DNA from: Flavobacteriales bacterium
GTDB lineage: Bacteria; Bacteroidota; Bacteroidia; Flavobacteriales_C; GCA-002722245
Length of the DNA stretch: 64,000 bases
Direction: 5' to 3'
Assembly: GCA_029251005.1 (NCBI GenBank)
Contig: JAQXEE010000115.1
Location: 11,743 to 75,742, forward strand
Position 1 is the stretch's first letter; the number at the start of each line of letters is the position of its first letter. The notes below the pieces were generated by a model. It ran no database searches. It was not told the origin of the DNA and saw nothing but the letters and a program-made list of their open reading frames with translations. This document shows, piece by piece, positions 60,525 through 64,000 of the stretch. The position numbers and the translations under genes were made by a program.

Positions 60525-61505
60525 ATGAGTGTAAAGATAGGAAATATAGATCTTGGAGAGTTCCCTCTTTTACTTGCTCCGATGGAAGATGTTAGTGATC
60601 CTCCGTTTAGAGCTTTATGTAAAAAGCATGGTGCCGACATGATGTACTCGGAATTTATTTCGAGTGAAGGATTAATAAGAGACGCTAAGAAAAGTCTGCA
60701 AAAATTAGATATTTACGATTATGAACGTCCGATTGGAATCCAAATTTTTGGAGGAAATATGGAAAGTATGATCGAAGCGACTAAGATTGTTGAAGCAGCT
60801 AATCCTGATGTTATAGACATAAATTATGGCTGTCCGGTAAAAAAAGTTGTTTGTAAAGGTGCTGGCTCAGGAATTCTACAAGATATCCCAAAAATGGTTG
60901 CACTAACAAAAGCTGTGGTTGACGCTACTAACAAACCAGTTACTGTGAAAACTAGATTAGGCTGGGATGACGACACACAGTTTGTAGTTGACGTTGCCGA
61001 ACAACTACAAGACGTAGGTATTCAGGGCATATCTATTCATGGGCGTACCCGAAAACAAATGTACAAGGGTGAAGCCAACTGGGATTTAATTAGAGAAACT
61101 AAACAAAATCCAAGATTGACTATTCCTGTTTTTGGAAACGGTGATATTGATTCCGGAGCGAAAGCTAAGAAATACCGCGACGAATATGGAGTTGATGGAA
61201 TTATGATTGGTCGAGCTGCAATTGGATACCCCTGGGTTTTTAATGAAATAAAACACTATTTCAAAACTGGCGAAGTACTCGCTGAACCAACAATTGGTGA
61301 GCGAGTTGAAGCAGCAAAATTTCACTTATTCGAATCGGTAAGGTGGAAAGGTGACATTTTAGGAATAATAGAAATGCGCCGTCACTATACAAATTACTTT
61401 AGAGGTTTGCCAGATATTAAAAGCTACAGAATGCAACTTGTAACTTGTACTACAGAAACTGAAGTCATTCAAATATTAGATGAAATATTAAATGCATATA
61501 CATAA
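60525..61505 (+). CDS. dusB: tRNA-dihydrouridine synthase (DusB-like)
   Basis: The protein has an LAPMEDVSDPPFR N-terminus, an INYGCP catalytic Cys, and a TIM barrel. Confidence 0.88.
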   Translation: MSVKIGNIDLGEFPLLLAPMEDVSDPPFRALCKKHGADMMYSEFISSEGLIRDAKKSLQKLDIYDYERPIGIQIFGGNMESMIEATKIVEAANPDVIDINYGCPVKKVVCKGAGSGILQDIPKMVALTKAVVDATNKPVTVKTRLGWDDDTQFVVDVAEQLQDVGIQGISIHGRTRKQMYKGEANWDLIRETKQNPRLTIPVFGNGDIDSGAKAKKYRDEYGVDGIMIGRAAIGYPWVFNEIKHYFKTGEVLAEPTIGERVEAAKFHLFESVRWKGDILGIIEMRRHYTNYFRGLPDIKSYRMQLVTCTTETEVIQILDEILNAYT

Positions 61506-61507
61506 AA

Positions 61508-61540
61508 AAGACCTGATTAAATCGGGACTTTTTTTATGTG
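61508..61540. terminator. Probable bidirectional terminator between convergent dusB and the E1 dehydrogenase gene
   Basis: The sequence is aaaaaagacctgattaaatcgggacttttttt. It has an imperfect stem with one G-U pair, an A6 5' flank and a T7 3' flank. Confidence 0.4.
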
Positions 61541-61564
61541 TATTTGTTTAAAGTTTAATAGTCC

Positions 61565-63991
61565 TTAATATAAGGAAGGAAATTTCTCTGGGTCAACTTC
61601 ATGCATAATCTCATAAGCAACATCAAAAATAGTTTCTGGATTAGGCTTAGTAAAGTAGTTTCCATCCGAACCATAAGCCGATCGATGATCTTGTGCTGAC
61701 AATGTTCTTGGCTCTGAATCTAAGTGGAAATAACCACCTTGTCCCTCTAATACCTGCTGAAGCATAAAACCAGTAGCTCCGCCAGTAACATCTTCATCCA
61801 ATACAATTAATCGATTTGTTTTTTTCAAACTCTTCAAAATTTTACTTGTTGTATCAAATGGCAATAAAGTTTGAACATCAATTAACTCAGCTGATATACC
61901 TACCTCTCTTAAAGACCTTAACGATTCTTGTGCAATTCCAACACATGATCCGTAAGTAATAATCGTTAAATCTGTTCCTTCCTCAATAACATCTGGTATT
62001 CCTAATGGAACTCTAAACTCAGCAAGGTTAGTTGGCAATTCTTCTTTTTTACGATACATTAACAAAGGCTCAATCACCAAACCTGGATCATGAGCTTGTA
62101 GTAATGTATTATACATTCCTGCTGCTTGCGTCATATTTCTCGGAACGCAAACTACAAATCCTCTTAACGAATTAATAATCATTCCAAGTGGAGAACCGGA
62201 GTGCCATATACCCTCAAACCGGTGACCACGTGTACGAATAATCATTGGGGCTTTTTGTCCTCCTTTAGTTCTCCAATGCAATGATGCTACATCATCCGTA
62301 AGCGTCATTAAACCGTAAACCAAATAATCTAAATATTGAATCTCCGCTATTGGTCTTAATCCTCGGATTGCCATCCCAGAACCTTTTCCCATAATTACAG
62401 CTTCTCTAATTCCTGTATCAAAAACTCTTAACTCGCCATACTTCTCTTGTAACCCTTCACAACCTTGGTTTACTCCACCAATTTTACCTGTATCTTCTCC
62501 AAAAATCGCAACTTTAGGATTCCTGGATAAAATTGCATCAAAATTTTCACGCAAAACAATTCTCCCATCAACTGGATTTGGTTCATCCGCGTAAGTAGGT
62601 TTTACTTCTTTAACGCTTAGAGATGCAAAATCCCCATGCGCATAAAGTAAAGAGTTATACCGATCGTGATTGGATATTTTTTGTTCATTTAACCAATCTG
62701 CCAACCGTTGTTTTTCTTCCGGAATGTCTTCAAACCGAACTAACCTTAATACCTTCTTAGCGGCGCTAACCATATAATTACGGTAAATATCCATTTGTCC
62801 CGTTAGCTCATCACGATGCTTTTTAATAAATGTTCTGCTACGACTTTTCGAAGCAATAGCATCAATCATACTTAAAACCTCAGCTAACTCTAATTTTAAA
62901 GGCTTTATGTAGTTTTCCCAAGCCGCATTTCTACCTTCCTTAACGGACTTTTTACAATTCTTATGAACTTCATCAAGCTCTTCTTCCGTTGCCCAATTGT
63001 TCTCTAAAATCCATTTTTTAAATTGAAGGGTACAATCGTATTCTTTCTCCCAAGCTAATCTATCTTTTGATTTGTATCGTTCATGAGAACCTGAAGTTGA
63101 ATGACCTTGTGGTTGCGTTAATTCAATTACATGAACTAAAACAGGCGTATGTGTTTCTCTTGCTAGTTTAGCTGCTTTATCATAAGCAGCGCATAATTCA
63201 GGATAATTCCATCCTCTTACTTTTATGATTTCAATTCCATTGGAAGCTCCTTCTTTTGCAAATCCTTTTAATGCTTCCGAAATGCTTCCTTTTGTAGTCT
63301 GTTTTTCAACAGGGACTGAAATTGCATGGCCATCATCCCAAACACTCATTACAACAGGTATTTGTAATACCCCCATTGCATTTATTGCTTCTAAAAATAT
63401 ACCTTCAGAAGTTGATCCATCTCCAATTGTTCCAAAAACAACCTCTTTTCCTTTATTAGATAATGTATCAAATTGATGTAATTCTTTATTTTCTCTAAAC
63501 AACTTAGACGCTAATCCCAATCCAATTATTCTTGGAATTTGTCCTGCTGTTGGAGATAAATCAGTTGTTGTAATTTTTATCTTCGTCATGTTCTTCCAAG
63601 TCCCATCATCATTGATAAATCTTGTTCCGTAGTGACAATTCATTTGACGACCTCCTGAATGAGGTTCGTTCTCGACGTTGGTATCAGAAAATAATTGAGC
63701 GTAATATTCTTGCAGTGAAACTTCACCTAAAGCTAACATGATTGTTTGATCTCGATAATAACCACTTCTGTAATCACCATCCATAAACTGTTTAGCTAAA
63801 CATAACTGGGCAAGCTCTTTTCCATCACCAAAAATTCCAAACTTAGCTTTTCCAGTTAAGACTTCTCTACGTCCGAGCAGAGAAGCTTCTCGGCTTTCCA
63901 TCATAATTCTGTAATCATTCAGAACCATATCTTTAACCTCAGACTTCCCTACTTTTTCATTTAAAGATGACGCATCAATTTCATTACTCAT
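61565..63991 (-). CDS. TPP-dependent 2-oxo-acid dehydrogenase E1 component, fused alpha+beta subunits
   Basis: The 808-aa ORF has an N-terminal E1 alpha TPP-binding region (GDG…N) and a C-terminal transketolase-like pyrimidine-binding beta region (EDTGKIGGV, IEPL, LIVLDEDV). Confidence 0.8.
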   Translation of the reverse strand: MSNEIDASSLNEKVGKSEVKDMVLNDYRIMMESREASLLGRREVLTGKAKFGIFGDGKELAQLCLAKQFMDGDYRSGYYRDQTIMLALGEVSLQEYYAQLFSDTNVENEPHSGGRQMNCHYGTRFINDDGTWKNMTKIKITTTDLSPTAGQIPRIIGLGLASKLFRENKELHQFDTLSNKGKEVVFGTIGDGSTSEGIFLEAINAMGVLQIPVVMSVWDDGHAISVPVEKQTTKGSISEALKGFAKEGASNGIEIIKVRGWNYPELCAAYDKAAKLARETHTPVLVHVIELTQPQGHSTSGSHERYKSKDRLAWEKEYDCTLQFKKWILENNWATEEELDEVHKNCKKSVKEGRNAAWENYIKPLKLELAEVLSMIDAIASKSRSRTFIKKHRDELTGQMDIYRNYMVSAAKKVLRLVRFEDIPEEKQRLADWLNEQKISNHDRYNSLLYAHGDFASLSVKEVKPTYADEPNPVDGRIVLRENFDAILSRNPKVAIFGEDTGKIGGVNQGCEGLQEKYGELRVFDTGIREAVIMGKGSGMAIRGLRPIAEIQYLDYLVYGLMTLTDDVASLHWRTKGGQKAPMIIRTRGHRFEGIWHSGSPLGMIINSLRGFVVCVPRNMTQAAGMYNTLLQAHDPGLVIEPLLMYRKKEELPTNLAEFRVPLGIPDVIEEGTDLTIITYGSCVGIAQESLRSLREVGISAELIDVQTLLPFDTTSKILKSLKKTNRLIVLDEDVTGGATGFMLQQVLEGQGGYFHLDSEPRTLSAQDHRSAYGSDGNYFTKPNPETIFDVAYEIMHEVDPEKFPSLY

Positions 63992-64000
63992 AATTCACGA

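Noticed and set aside
1-64000. CRISPR arrays, IS elements, transposases, rRNA
   Set aside because: No regularly spaced direct repeats and no transposase/integrase-like ORFs were seen. Every long ORF is accounted for by housekeeping or motility-related families.

Overview
This is an AT-rich chromosomal segment from a Bacteroidetes genome. Gene content and the gld/T9SS homologues point to a Flavobacteriia-like organism. It is densely coding housekeeping DNA. I saw no transposase, integrase, CRISPR array or rRNA; the only RNA gene is tRNA-Cys(GCA).

Gene content by function:
- **Cell division (dcw) cluster, 3' end, minus strand:** mraZ, rsmH, ftsL-like, ftsI and a partial murE, with MraZ-type GTGGN direct repeats upstream.
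- **Translation and ribosome biogenesis:** engB, rsgA, dtd, typA, dusB.
- **DNA metabolism:** mfd, dnaG, radA.
- **Cofactor and central metabolism:** metK, nadE, aroQ, panD, hemC-hemD, korAB (2-oxoglutarate:ferredoxin oxidoreductase), nifU/mrp Fe-S proteins, an aldehyde dehydrogenase, and a fused alpha/beta TPP-dependent E1 2-oxo-acid dehydrogenase.
- **Gliding motility / T9SS:** a notable concentration of homologues: a stand-alone GldM-family gene, a gldA-like ABC ATPase, a gldB/gldC-like lipoprotein pair, a large TPR lipoprotein resembling SprE/PorW, and a vWA cargo protein with a T9SS C-terminal sorting domain.

Items worth a second look:
- Tandem paralogous lipoproteins with no known function.
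- An HTH-XRE/S24 (LexA-like) repressor with a perfect palindrome abutting its start codon.
- A five-gene minus-strand operon: MMPL exporter, RmlA, NAD-epimerase, polyprenyl synthase, hypothetical.
- An A_AAA_AAG slippery heptamer at the hemC stop; the conserved HemD N-terminus is readable only in the -1 frame.
- An orphan radical-SAM/SPASM enzyme beside hemCD.
- A roughly 730-bp noncoding island containing broken small ORFs.

All functional calls rest on motif and family recognition from the translated ORFs. No database search was run.
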